NCBI GenBank assembly: GCA_043228905.1
Contig: JBHGNT010000001.1
Coordinates: 32,302,001-32,366,000, forward strand
Source: Azolla caroliniana
Taxonomy: Eukaryota; Plantae; Polypodiophyta
DNA: 64,000 bases
Direction of reading: 5' to 3'
This document shows, piece after piece, positions 23,596-37,844 of the stretch. Position 1 is the stretch's first letter, and each line of letters opens with the position of its first letter. Under the pieces are notes generated by a model. That model saw nothing but the letters and a program-made list of their open reading frames with translations, did not search any database and had not been told where the DNA came from. Position numbers and translations under genes: made by a program.

Positions 23596-26217
23596 CTATC
23601 TACTGATTAGCTCTTCATTGGAGATAAATCCAAATTGAGGAATCACATCCAATGCCATATTGCGAAGATCCTCTGTTTTTAAAATCAACTCATTTTTCAC
23701 CTACAAAATAAGCGAAGTAAGTAGGTTGTTCCATTTGCACCATAAACTATGTTAAAAAGGCTATTTTTCTATTGCTTACTTTAACCACACAAGTGTTTAA
23801 TACATGATCGTCAATCGATGTAACATTCGCGTTCAATATATCAACTTGCAAAGCTTCCAAGGCTCGAGTTAGTTGCACGATGACCCCGGAGCTCTTCTTA
23901 CAGTGTATTCGGAAATTATAGACATGGGTTTCCATTTGCGAGACCTCCAACTATGGAATAAAACAACAGTATGAATGGATTAGCAGAAAGTAGAATCTAT
24001 CATTCACAAACAACACATAGGGGCATAACAGATGAACCTCTTTTATCCAATGCTCTTGCTTCACTTTGGGTTTTTGATAACATAGTATAGCGTCAAGGTT
24101 TCTATCATCCGAAGGCTGATGACGTGAACGAGTTTTCCCCTCCTCTTTCTGAGACTTGAGATCAGAAATATCAGATTCGATTTCATTCACCTGCTTCTGA
24201 AGATTGTATATGTAATTTATCGCATCCTTGACAATCGAAGCTTTGTCCATCTATCTTGATTTGGAGCAAACCAACCCAAACGTATTGTTAGCATATATAA
24301 TACAAAACCAAACAAAACATCCCTGACACCAAAACCTATCTTACCATATTTGCATACTGTTCATATTCTAGTGTCACACAAACATAGAGAAACTTTGCTT
24401 ACTGTTGCATGCATGTACATCCATTCAGACATACATACATATATAGATATATGTATACAGCATGCACATACATGTACATAAATGCATAAATTTACGTACA
24501 TCCAAACACAGGTATGCCTCCATACATGAGTGCATACAAATCCATTTATCCATCCACACGAATGTTATAGATGATAGAAAATTGAGGAAGAACACAGACT
24601 CGGAGGAAACTGCAGAAATGTTTTTATCAACTCATTATAACTAGGAAAATTGAAGTTCAGATATTGGGCTGGATTTGAGAACATTTTTGGTCAAATAATT
24701 CAAGAAATTCAGGGGATATTGGGTGTGGGAAAACTGAAGAAATTGATGCAAGGGCTAAGAGAGATAATCCAATAGAGGCAGCAAATAAACTGCCTGATGA
24801 TTTCATAAATGACTGAATAAAGCTATGAATGGAATATCCTCTTATACACTTAACCGAAAATTTGGGGTATATGGTTGGATATTGCAGACATATATCTAGC
24901 TTCTATTCCTTAGTATCATCTTCTCTGTTTATTACTAATTGGCTGACTATACAATTAGGAGGATTGTGACAAGAGTTTCTGGTGTCTTTCTCATCTACAT
25001 ATCTGCATCATACAACCCAACGCCTTGAAATAAAGCAAATCTCCCTCAAAAGCCACAGAATGAGACCAAGGAAACAAACCCACAAGTTAAGAAATGCCTC
25101 CGTCAAATTTACAAGTTTAAAACAGAGACATTCCCTTTAAAAGATCCCAAGATAAATGTAAAGATATGCAGGTATAATATATACGATCTCAAAACAGAGC
25201 AAAATCTATCGCATATATATTAGCATAAAAGACAATGAGATTCAATGAAAAATGTACACAGAAATGAGAACCCAATTACAGGAACGACTCAAGCAAAAAT
25301 GTTAAGCTCTTCCTCTCTATCATATACACAATCTTAAAGCAGAGTAAAGTTTCTCAAAAACTTCACACAGTATTAAAGTCCTTTCAAAATATGCACGAAA
25401 TGAGAGAGATTTAAGAAGAATCCAAGAATTACGAAATGCAATTATAATCATAAACGAATAAATTTTCCTTCAAAATTGTGCATAATCTAAGAACAAGAAA
25501 AAAAAGTTCCTTGAAAAATTCGCACGTGAAATTTCCATTCAAATGTTGCAACAGATCTAAGAACAACGCAAAAATTCCTTTGAGAAATTTCATAAAAGTC
25601 ATAAAGAACAGAAATTTCCTTGCAAATCACACAGAAATGGCACCATACATATACATACATAGATACATGGACATTACAATTAGACCCACCTAGGCATACT
25701 ACATGGGCATTGCTCATAGACATACCGTGTCCCACATTCATGGAGACATACCAAATAGTCATACACATACAGGCATACATTTACCACATACAGGCATACT
25801 GCATACCTTGCTTATGTTGGGAACGAGGGCCCTGAGTGAGTAGAGCCTCTCATTCAGCTTCTTTCTCCTCTTCCTCTCTGACATAAGGTTCTTCGACATT
25901 GACTTCCCACGCCCTCGCTTCTTCTTGTCAGTATCATCCATGACATCGCTACCATCCGAGGAAGAAGAATCCACGCTCTTGGCGCAATCGGTGAAATTAG
26001 GGTTCCCTTCTGCGGGGCATGCATTGGCTTTTCCATGGGGGATTCCATGAGGAAGGTTTCCATTGCTGTGGCCACCGTGGTGAGGCTGTCTAACATTAGG
26101 GGTTTTCTGGGTGCTAGGAATTTTCCGATGAGGGTGGTCAACATTGGTTTCTGCTGCTTGGCTATGGTGGCATGTGCCAATATAGCTTGATTTCATTTCC
26201 TTATTGGAATGCTCCAT
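23596..26217 (-). CDS. bHLH transcription factor with C-terminal ACT-like domain, subfamily III(a+c)-like (bHLH27/35, FIT, DYT1 group)
   Basis: Exons 25807-26217 (start uncertain), 24038-24250, 23780-23950, 23596-23700, all GT-AG phase 0. SKNLMSERKRRKKLNERLYSLRALVPNISK|MDKASIVKDAINYIYNLQ; ACT-like LEVSQMETHVYNFRIHCKKSSGVIVQLTRALEAL. Confidence 0.92.
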
Positions 26218-26419
26218 CCCAATATAGCTTGATTTGATTTCCTTATTGGAATGCTCCAGCTTGAAGACAGAGAGAGGGAGGGAGAGAGAGGGGGGGTATG
26301 TGTATGTATGTATGTATGTATTGCACACACACTTTATATGTAGCTACTTAGAGAGAGAGAGAGACAGAGAGAGAATGTGGATCCACATTGTAGAGGGGGT
26401 CATCTCTTCTAGTATGGGA

Positions 26420-26475
26420 TGTATGTATGTATGTATGTATGTATGTATGTATGTATGTATGTATTAGTATGTATG
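26420..26475. repeat. (TATG)n microsatellite; (GTTCT)n nearby at ~26786-26822
   Basis: Directly visible. Confidence 0.9.
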
Positions 26476-29400
26476 TAAATGAGGAGATTTTATAAAGGGA
26501 GATGATGTACGGATGATTACTACTTCGCCAACACACAGGCGACACAGGAGAGACAATGGGCGCGATGAGGAGAGCTTTGTTTGTCTTAGGGTTTCTGCAG
26601 CTATGGCGCGCACGCACAGAGAAACAGATGGACAGACAGACAGACAAACAGAGAGAGATTTATAGGGAGAGAGAAACAAGAAGAGAGACGGATAAAGAAA
26701 GAAAGTGATCGGCAAGGAATTGGGTTTGTAGCCAAAAACGAAAAGAAGACAAGACAGAGAAAGGGAGGTTTCCTGCCCCTTCCTCTGTTCTGTTCTGTTC
26801 TGTTCTGTTCTGTTCTGTTCTGCTCTGATCTGATCTGCTCCTCACTAATATGTACATATATGTATGTACAATGTCCATACATATGCTTGTTTTTCTTTCT
26901 TTGGTTGGTTGGTTGGTTGTACTCTGGACCACATGTTCTCTTTCTGTGTGTTTAGTTAGAGTCTCTTGAGATGGCCGGCATCTTCAATCTCTACCCCCGT
27001 CCCCCTCCTTGTGGCCTTGGTCCCCATGGTCTTGGTCCTTGTGGTCATGGTCTCGCTCACCATTCGTTTTCAATGGATGGGTCCTGCCATTTCAACATCA
27101 TCGGCTTTAGGATCTCTCTCTCTCTCTCTCTCTCTCATAAATGCTAATCGTATTCATGACGCATCAAGTGTTTACCTACAATGGCAACGGAAATGCATCC
27201 CGTGATATTGGGTTGAGCCCCACCCACATCCCCCACTTTATCCCTCCTCACTCCATTCTTAAGACCTCTTCCCTCACGTTGCCAAAACGCTCAGAATTCC
27301 CTCCTCCCCATCCCCCCAACAAACATAAAAGAAGAGAGAGATTCCTTTCTCCAATCTACAACCTTACAATCTCAACTCTTTCAATCTCAATTCTTTCAAT
27401 ACAACCTCAATTCGTTGAACCTCGTGATTCACTTTTCTGCTAGACGTACAAAGGACGCATGCATTTCTACGTGATTTATCTTACTTATTTTGGCCTCTAC
27501 TAAGTATACATACGTACTCTCTCCCTCTCTCCCTCTAGCATAAAGAAAAGTCTCTTCCTCAATCTTATAGCACGCGTGTGTGAGTAACAATTTTAGACAT
27601 CCGTAACAATTCATATTTGGCTAAGTAATTTTGAAAGATGACAAAGGTTGTTGAAACCATGCATTGCTTATTTGCTCTTTGTGGCATTATTGGTTTCAAT
27701 TTATTCATGATCCACTCTTGATAGTAACTACACTACTCTTTGTGCGTTGTTACGATCTGAAGTGTGGCTTTCTTGAGAAATGAAAATGACTCTCATTTAT
27801 GCCTTACTCTTTTTTTTAAATTTCGTTATACCTTACTCGTGATGTGTGCCTTTTAAATGAATGCCATAACTTTAAGAATGTTTAATGTTTATATGCATTG
27901 TTAACACTCATCTATTACTCGCATGCTACTCATATTTCAATGTGGTATGGCATCGCTCTCTATTCACCATTTGCGACAATAGTTACTCTAAAGGGCTAAC
28001 TATTCAATCTGTTTATGCGTGTGTGCCCTAATTTATAGATGAAAACATGTTTTCCATCTTTTCCAATCATTTAATCAAATGAGGATAAAAAGTGTTAGAT
28101 CGTTGACATGTATATACATATATACATTTATGTATATGATATTATCAAGGTTATTTTGCATAATGGTTGAATTTTACAAAAATCAAAATAGCATTAATAT
28201 TCTTTAAGGACATTAATTTACCATATAGTTATTTCTCAAGTAACCACAACAATTAGAAGAACAAAAACATATATTTCTTTTTATGGTAGTCGAGACTCAT
28301 CCTACAAGATTTTAAAAACCCTCTCACTCTAGAATAAATGCGTACACTATTAAATGAACAGGGACATGATCCATCAATTGAGGCAAAGATGGAGAAAGTG
28401 TGAAATCAGTATAGCAATTGTTTTTAATGGTAAAGGATATCACATGAATTCCGTGACACATGGGTTATCACACATTTCTTGCCATTTCATCGTACATGTA
28501 CATGTTTTTTATGACATTATCCCCACCTAAAATTCCGCCTCTCACGAGTAACATGTGAACGTCAACATAAGAAGGAACCAAAAATATCGTTCATACTAAG
28601 GGTAATACCAACGACTATCACAAATAATATCAAAAATATCAACCACTTCAATTCTACCATGTCAAAAAAAGGGACTGCAGTTAATGTGGTTTAATGGTGA
28701 TATCATCAGGATTAACCTTGAATTCCATTTCCTTCTCGAAGCTGCACATGCTTCACACCTCTCATTCTCTATATAATCATGCCTTGACTCACCCTCTCTA
28801 AAATCACAAGTCTCCCCTATCTCTACACTCATAAATCTCGCCAATTGGTTAACATGTTAAAATCACTTGAAGTATGGGGGAAATCAGTATAAAAAACTAA
28901 AATACCCTAAATTTATCACTATTTCACAAATATGCCACCAAAGTTACTTATTCCCCATTTATGTCATTGTTTTTGTGTATTCACTCGCTAGCATTAACAA
29001 GCATGTGTTGCCAATTCTCTCTCTCTCCCTCTTTCTCAACCATTTGATAGAGAATGCACAATGAATAGAAAGTGATGTCAAGAGAAGGGCACTTGGGAAA
29101 TGAAACATTCTAGGGAATAGGGGAAATAAGAAAGCTTTGAGCTATTAAGGAAAAACAATAATGTAGGGTATTTTGGGAGTCTATTTGTTGATGAATTTTG
29201 GGGGTTTAGAATGTAGGATGTTTCCATAATATTTTTATAGATATTTTCCATTTTTAAATTGTTGTATGGATTATATCGTTGTGGGTCCTAAAAGCAAAAA
29301 AAACATGGAAACTATAGTTTTCATTTGCAATTGTGATGGCATACATACGTATGAAGGTGTGACAAGGATCATAATCGATGTTCTGGCAAAATTTCTCACT

Positions 29401-29702
29401 AACTTTTGATCTTGCTTGTCTAACATTTGCACAACACGTGTGAACATTGGATGTACTCCATTGAATGGATGTGCATATAGGTATAGTTTTTTATGTCTCT
29501 TTCCATGCTTCATTTCGATAACACATGATTCGATGTGATTTATTGTGTATTGTCATTAGTTGCACATGCTATTTATATTTTATAAAAAAAATTGCTCCCT
29601 CAATGAAAACTCTCAAAATATTATCTTGCTCACATTATCTCACGAGAAACAATTGTTGTATCAACAAAGATCATTCCTTATATAATTAATCTCGCTCCAC
29701 AT

Positions 29703-29742
<40 letters not shown>

Positions 29743-32204
29743 AATTGAAGCTTCAAGAGGACCTACAACAAAATCACACATGCATGATCTATCCTAATCA
29801 CGAGAATGTGGATAATCTCACATTACAATGTGAAGCATTCATGAGAATTTGGCAACATCGATGGTTATCAAAAACTGCATGCATAGAGCTCACAAAAGTT
29901 TTCTTAGTTGCAGACACTAGTTGTTGACGTGTTGCTTTGGGTACATTGTGGGAACTACAGCTAAACCAAGAATAGTATCGCTTGCAAAGGGAGTGTGAAA
30001 CTAAGATTCCAGTCATTGATGAAGGATGCCACTCCCCAATGGCGAAGACCAAGTCATACATTAACATATAAAATCATTGATCTCTTCACTCCATGTAATC
30101 ATGGAAATCTCAAAGGCTTCTTGAGTTAATTAAAAAGTATGTCACCAAATCATCTAGGCCATTCAGAGGGACCTTGATTTGGCCCTTTTCCTTCTCTTTG
30201 GCCTTGCTATTGGCCATTTCATAGTTACATGACTAGAATGTGGTATGTCACCCCTTCTCCCTTAATCTTTTGCTTTGACTTCAATTCCACCAACATTAGT
30301 GTTTTATTTTCCTTTTTAAGCTTTCATAAGCTTCCTTAATGGCCTCTTCTTAGTTGAGGATTGAGGCACTCTTGCTTGGAGAGTTCATTTCATTTATGTT
30401 AGTAGCCAAATTGTCCCGACTTGTTCATTGGTGGCTTTCTTCAACATTTGTTGTTAGCCTGGGGGTTTGACACCTATCATTTCCCCTTTGATAACTTGGG
30501 GGTTTCAAACGTTGTTTTCCATAGCATTCCAATCTTTTATTATCTTATACATCTTACACTTTTGATGGAGTCTTCCTTGAGGCATTAAATCCTTATCTAT
30601 ATTTCAGTTTTAGTAACATTGGCTTATCCCCATGGCATGCCATGGAAACCTATAACTAAAAAATGATTAGTTAGAATAAACCATACATGACGCATAACAA
30701 ATTGCTCCTAGATGTTTTATTTCATGTTTATCGTTTGTACATTGAAACCTACTCGAACATCACTCCTTCTATGTGTCACTCTTGTGCAACACAAAATGTA
30801 TTTATACTTCTAGCACATGCTAGTGACAAAATGAATATGTCAGTTTATATTTAGTTTGAAAAGTAATGACTCTGAAACCTCACATATTAATTGATAATCA
30901 TTGTTAACTCAATTCGTCTTGACAATTAGAACATATATGTAATGAGTTGTCATTGGAAAAGAGCGCACCTATTTGATTGTATACCTCCAAAACAATGGCT
31001 TGACCCTTCAATTTGTCCATTTTCCAAATTATTTTCCATAAAGAGGACAACATCTTGATGTGCTTTAAATTCTAATATAAGTTGCCTATGACATATATCC
31101 TTTGGTCTAATGTTCATGGGAAGACAATCGGAAAGTGCAATGCATGTGTTTTAATGCTTAAAGTCGACGTCAATCATAGTGTGACCAAATATATGCATAT
31201 GTGATTTTCCCTCATAAGAAAACCCAGCTTGTGGAATCATGACAATACTACACTTATTTTAATTACCCCATATACTATTTATAATTATTGACTTGGGTTT
31301 AATATATCATGCAAAACAAAACTTATACATTATAAGAATGTGACTTTTCTCATTCAACAAATTATTCATACATACCCATATTGTGACAATGTGATAAAAT
31401 CCATATTCAGAGATGTGTATAAAGTCAATGTCCAAATGATCTTATGCCACTCTTTGTTAGGTACATATGAATTCACAAAACAAGGCTGTCTTTTCTTGTA
31501 GTTGCGTGAAATAAGAAACATCATTGTCTTTGTAATTTGATTTTTAAATGTAATGTTGCGTGTAACATTTCCTTGAGAGTATGTCTATAGTCCACACCAC
31601 ACCAAAAAGCGAGATCTTTTACCATGTCCAAGAGAAAACATATGATAGATTTTATTGCTTGACTAATAAGCCCATTAACTGAATTTTTAAATGGTAACGT
31701 TGAGAGTCGAGACACATAAGGCTACATCATTTTATGTTTGCATTTCTTTAAAGAATAAGTGCAATAGGTCAAATCGTTATGTTCAAAGTCTAAAGCTTTA
31801 TATAACATTATTGAATGGATAGAACTTTTTGTGAATTCCCAAATCTTTAAAAATACGCATGATTAGTTTTGAAAGTATAATCTAAATTACATTTTAGCCA
31901 ATTGAGGCATGATATTTATTGACGTACCTTCACAAAAGATGTTAACCACATAATATATACCTAAGATCAAGCTCTAAGATGCAATGTGAACTAAATGCCT
32001 TTAGAAAGTAAATCCTTAGAATTGCTTATAATCATTATGGTGTGGGAGTAATCCCACAAATGTTAATACTAACTTTACAAGCCATCATTTATCCAAACCC
32101 CTTGTTGTAATGACATTAATTTGGATCACGGTATCAAGTAGAATAATGCTAAATTGATTTTGTTTAGATGTTGAGAGTCAAGACTAATTGGTCTCTTTCC
32201 ACAC

Positions 32205-32330
32205 TTTTTTTTTCAAGAAAACATATCCTTCCATTAGTTTTAAAAAGCATATCAGCTACAAAATACAAAAATAGATGGAAAGGAAGCGACTATCCTTCCC
32301 TAACCCGTCTTGTGTAAGACAATGGCTAAC
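32205..32330 (-). mobile_element. Short retroposed LINE/SINE 3'-end fragment
   Basis: T-tail, then aaacatatccttccattagttttaaaaagcatatcagct..., the reverse complement of 55480-55568. Shares ccgtcttgtgtaagacaatggct with ~53656-53678. Confidence 0.7.
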
Positions 32331-34029
32331 CATGAATCATTCGTTTGACACATACCATGAATTTGCATATGCTCGAAGCAAATCAATCTTTCTCATCATG
32401 TTCATGTTCAACGTTGTCGTGAAGAAAACCGTCCCTAGGCACAAACCGTGTATAGCAAGTGTGAACCGGCCCTTACACGTGGGCACGCCCCTTGTTGTAT
32501 AGTAGATAGGTAGGCATAAAGGTCAAATCCTAGGTAGCAATATTGTATAGGGGAAATCGAGGAGTATCTCTGTCCGAAAGGACAGAGAATTAATGTGATG
32601 TAAACGGGTGAAACGACCTCCCTCCTTGAGCTATAAAAGAGAGGGAGATGGGGAGAGAAAGGTATCGCGCGCTAGAGGGGACGAAGTGCTGTCGGACTGG
32701 GACCGAGCTCTTCTTCTCCGTCGTTCTCCATAGCTTTCTTTTGCGCAGGTTCTCAGGAGGCTGATTCTGCTCCGTGGAACGCCTGTGTGCTTCCGGCAGA
32801 ATCTCCATCTTGCTCCCCGGTGTGCGTGGGTGATCAGGCGTCGACATCCATCTCGCCGACCTGATCGGCTGTAACCGTTCAAGTCGTCTGCATACATACA
32901 AATACATACATATTTTATATACATGCGCCAGTGTTCTCAACTCGTGTCTCCTGTGTTGTTGGGCCGCATCCCCGTGCGCTTCTTTGTCTTTACGTGTGTG
33001 AGCGTCTCTCTCTTGCTCCCCCCCCCCCTTTTCTCACCTATTCCTCGGTCCAAGACCCCAGTGGTCCCACCTTGTTCTCCACGCATGTGCATAATAAGGC
33101 GACAACGTATCCAAATATATACAGTCCACAAACCTACATTTTGGATTGAATGCTTGTCAAATAGTTCTTGTGCTTGTGTTAAGATATCATTTTTTTTCCA
33201 TAAAAAAATCCTCCATTTGTATTAAAATAATAGGAACAATATACATATATTGTGTTGCATCTGTTCAAAACTAATACAACACCTCCTCGGCATATCCATA
33301 GTCTCTATAGCCTCTTTTGAGTGCATTCCATGAGACGATGTTTGAAACCATAATTGTGCTAAATGTTTTCTGCACAGTTTCTACGTTTCAAGCATATCTC
33401 GAAATTAAACTAGACCATTAAAAAAGACTTCTTGCTTGTCTTATGGCAAAGACTTGTTAAGCTTCAAGTATGCTTCTCAATAAGGGCACTTGTTTTTGTG
33501 ACCTCCATGTTTTGCGAGGACATTTGAACATGGAAGTTGTTTCCTATCAAATAAAACATATATAATATATAATTCTCTTTCCACGCTTCACAACACATTC
33601 CTTTACGTACTAAAATCTAAATGCAATACTCCACATGAATATCAAGGATAACCTAATATCCATTTAACATTAAAGCTCAGATTGTTAATCATGATCCTTC
33701 TCTATAGGGTACTCCAATCTATATGTTTATCACTTTAGGTCTCAAGAAATCATATGTGACTCACTAGGTGATTGCATAATGCCAAAGCCATTACTAAATA
33801 TTTTCACGATATTTGTTCCAATGTTTGCCAAAGTTCATAAGTTTGATTTAACAAATCGCTAGTAGAGGATTCTCCCTACAAGATTATTTTAACATTGTGT
33901 ACATCCTTTTTCATTGAAATGTCAACAATAGAAGGAATATATAGTTCCAAGTTCCAACTTGAGAATTTACCCCTTCTAAAAAAGTTTTCACAAATGGGAT
34001 GCGATATAGTATCCATAAGCTTTTTTCTC

Positions 34030-34705
34030 TTCTTTTTTTTGCAAAAAAAAAAAACTCCTTCCATTAGTTATAACATTTTATAGATAAGTGTATTATATAC
34101 AAATCCCTATAGGGACATGATAGTTCCATCTTATGTGGATGCCCACTGACTCAGGAAAGGGAGAAGGTGACCATTGTTTGATGAAGGCTAGTCGTTGTCT
34201 TTCAACTCCATCGGAGCCGCCCTTGAGGCCATCGTATTGGCTCTTTAGAGCGGCTACATCGTCACTCCATATCTCTTGCATAAACATTAGTGGATGCATG
34301 GTTTGGTTGGAGAAGACCCGTTTACACTGTTGTTTCCATAGAATCCAAAGAGTTAGTGGGTTGACCAATTCCAACACAACTTGAGATTTGGCATTAGTAG
34401 GAGTTGAGTGGATATTGCTTATGGTGGAAAAAATAACCTCTTGTGCTTTTATCACCAAAGGCATCCCCTCCTCTTGATACTTGTACCTATCAATTGGGGC
34501 CTACCACGATAACCAACATACATTTATTCACTTGATTGTGCCTTGCACGTGGCTTAATTGCAATAGGCGGCCAACCCGACGCCATATTCGATGGGTCTCC
34601 GGGTAGTCCCACAGAGCGTGTCGGATTGACTTTGTTGCATTTGGGTATGCTACACAATTAGGAGAGCTAAGGTTCCCACGTTGCCATCCTACAACTGGTA
34701 GTGAC
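34030..34705 (-). mobile_element. 5'-truncated L1-like LINE 3' fragment, same family as 7151-7862
   Basis: ORF 34093-34464 (VNPLTLWILWKQQCKRVFSN) aligns with ORF 15817-16014 and with 7200-7600. Confidence 0.85.
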
Positions 34706-35083
34706 TTATTTAGTTTTATCCATATGACAAATTTGTCCCATTTTGTAGGTTTTCTTCTAGAAAGAATGCATTATTATCATTTCTAATGGCATGTGGGTTT
34801 GGCAATATAGTAACTTTAATTGTCACATTTTTGTGTTACTACTTAAATAACGAATGCCAAACGTACCTACATTGTTTATGTCAAAGCTTTATTTAGTGCC
34901 CAACATTTAAGTTTAACATGGATATGCATGTGAGGAATGTTTAATGAAGTGTTCTCTCTTTATATTTCGATTTAAACTTTTGAGAAACATTTATTCCATA
35001 TTGCAAGCGCATCTTCTTCTATCAGTCATTGTACGAGAGAATTAAAACCCCAAGTTCAACCCCTTCTTCATTAAATTTGGAAA

Positions 35084-35540
35084 CCATTTCACAAGAACAT
35101 ATACCCGCAATGAATTTTTTAAAATAGGGCAACGTTTATCTTGTTTTACTAATAGTGATCAATGACTTTAGAACATATGACCCTTATGTGGGGCTTGCCA
35201 AGAAAGTGATTCTTCATGCAATATGGATGTAGCATTCTTCTCTCTTATAATAAACGGATCACCAATATAAACACAATCAAGCATGCTTAGAATTGGTGCA
35301 GATATATTAATGTACCATTTCACGAGAACATATACCCACAATGGAATTTTTTAAATAGGGTTGTGTTAAGCTTATTTTACTAATGGGTGATCAATGACTT
35401 TAGAACGTATGATCCTTGTGTGGGGCTTGCCAAGAAATTGATTCTTCATGCAATATTGATGTAGCTTTCTTCTCTCTTATAATAAACGAATCACCAATAT
35501 AACCACAATAAAGCATGCTTAGAATTGGTGTGGATATATT
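35084..35540. repeat. ~231-bp tandem duplication
   Basis: ccatttcac.agaacatataccc...gcatgcttagaattggtg occurs at 35084 and 35315. Confidence 0.88.
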
Positions 35541-35948
35541 TTTTAAACTTGTAATAAAAAGCACAAACGGCCATTAAGAAAAGTGAATCCCACACATAAG
35601 AAATGGACATGCCTATACATCTACAAGATCAAATGTCCATTAACAAAATGAATATTGCACATCTAGACAAAATGGAATCCCAAAGTTTTGAGTGTCTAGA
35701 TGTACATACATATGTATGTATGTTCCGGGGGGGAGGGGATTGCAATACAAAATGGACATGCCTTTACCACAACTAAATGCATTAGCATGTTCCATACCTA
35801 TCAAAATGAGTTTTTTCAACAATTACATGCCATAAAGTCATGGTCTTAAATATCCAACAATACATGCATCATTGGTTGGGAGGGAGATCAACAACGCATT
35901 GGGATCGCTCGTCGTGTTTCCGAAAATAATAAGACTACTCTATGTCTA

Positions 35949-36294
35949 ATCGTAAAAGACACTAACCTCTAATTTTCCTATTGTTTTTTACTTCGTAAGG
36001 TGATTGACCTCCTTAATACTATACTTCAAGCAAAGCAAGCATGGATATGTATGCTTCTCTTCAAAATTTGCAAGAAAAACAACCTCATTCTCAATATATT
36101 CATCATGAATTACAGAATGCTATCGTAAAAGACACTAACCTCTAATTTTCCTATTGTTTTTTACTTCGTAAGGTGATCGACCTCCTTAATACTATACTTC
36201 AGGCAAAGCAAGCATGGATATGTATGCTTCTCTTCACAATTTGCAAGAAAAACAACCTCATTCTCAATATATTCATTGTGAATTACAGAATGCT
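35949..36294. repeat. 173-bp tandem duplication spanning the LINE B 5' junction
   Basis: atcgtaaaagacactaacc...gaattacagaatgct occurs at 35949 and 36122. Confidence 0.9.
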
Positions 36295-36970
36295 ATGATG
36301 CTTATTTCTTCTTTGCAGCAAAAACGTGCTCAATTCTTTCTTCAAGCATCTGCAACAAGATGGTGTGCAAAAGGTGACACCATGTCAAAGTTTTTTTTCC
36401 AACATGTTATGCCTAAAAGAAATAAAATTCAGATTGTACAGTTGAAAAGATATGATGGCACAGTTACAATGGATAGAGATTAAATGAGGAATATTGTAGC
36501 TACTTATTATGAGTCATTGTTATCAACAGATACTCCAAGTGTTGAAACTCTACAGATGCGCCAAAAAGTATGTAGTTAAGGTAACATCTTGGATATCTCT
36601 GCAACTTCTTTGTCCATTTTCCTCATTTGAAATATTACAAGCTATTAAAGGTGTTGGGCCAGATGTGTCCTCAAGAGTAGATGGAATGGGAAGAGATTTT
36701 TTCATTACATATTGGGATTTGATTGCCGATTATATAATGGTAGCATTTCAAGAAATGTTCAATACAAGTATTATGCCACAAAAGTGGAAAGAGGGATTAA
36801 TATGCCTCATTCTGAAAGGTGATGTTGTTATGGATGAGGTGAAGGGTTGGTGGCCCATCACTTTATTGAATACAATTTACAAAATCTATGCTAAGTTATT
36901 GGCTTTGAGATTACAACCCTTTCTTCCAAAGATTGTGCATGATTCATAGACGGGATTTATCCAAGAACGT

Positions 36971-37844
36971 TGTCGTGCCTTTCGGCTCCGGATCGTTGCG
37001 TGAGTCGGGTGGGAACCACAGAGGTCTTGGACTAGGAGAAAGAAGTTCGTGAGATAGAGATTAATTATGAGTAAATAGCAAAGAGAAAGATAAGAAACTC
37101 GTGAATCACACGAGTATACTATATTAATTGGTACTTAGGGTGTTAAGAGAGAAGTAGATGTATAAATCGTGAATCCCACGAATAAATTTTGTATTGATTA
37201 ATACTTAATCCAAATAATCAACAACCCTTTACATATTTCTCTCCTCCTTATATAAGGAAAGAAGAGCTAAGCATGGCTTCATGCTTTTTTTTTTACAAAA
37301 AGTGTTAATGTCCACTAAATGTGCATGTGATGCTTTTTTATTTCCTAAGTATAGGGCTCATGCACGCTAGATGTGCATGAGTTATTTTTAGTGTCTCGTG
37401 TTTTTCTTTTTCATATATTAAAAAATACACGATTTACCTTTTAATAAAGGTATGCATAAATAAAGGTCTTATATGTATTAAATCTATATTTAAAACACTT
37501 AAGATAAGTTAATGTAATGGTAAGGTTGGGGTTTGTCAACGTGGAGGTGCAGAGTTCGAATCACGCCCTGTGCAGTAGTGAGTATTTCCTTTTTTTTTTA
37601 CATTTACGTCTCTTTATCCGGCTCTTCCTTGCCGGTATGCCGTTTTCTTCCTTGCCGGTATGCCGTTTTCCTCCTTGCCGTTTTCCTCCTTGCCGGTATG
37701 CCGTTTTTCCTCCTTGCCGGTATGCCGTTTTCCTCCTTGCCGGTATGCCGTTTTTCCTCCTTCCGGTTCTCACCGAGCACTCCATTCTCTATCCGGAGGG
37801 ACAAAAATATAATTTCCACATAGTGTGCAACCTACACTACGACA
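36971..37844 (-). repeat. Gypsy 3' LTR (874 bp)
   Basis: Direct repeat of 43512-44324 carrying extra 23-24-bp U3 repeat units. Confidence 0.95.

Noticed and set aside
28400-31800. Possible decayed transposase or gene remnants (also 300-2100)
   Set aside because: Many stops and no motif I can identify; a translated profile search would be needed.
32610-32765. Partial resemblance to miR390/TAS3 sites and to the U3 snoRNA 5' end
   Set aside because: Only short gapped matches; no full site, U3 boxes, USE element or telomerase template.
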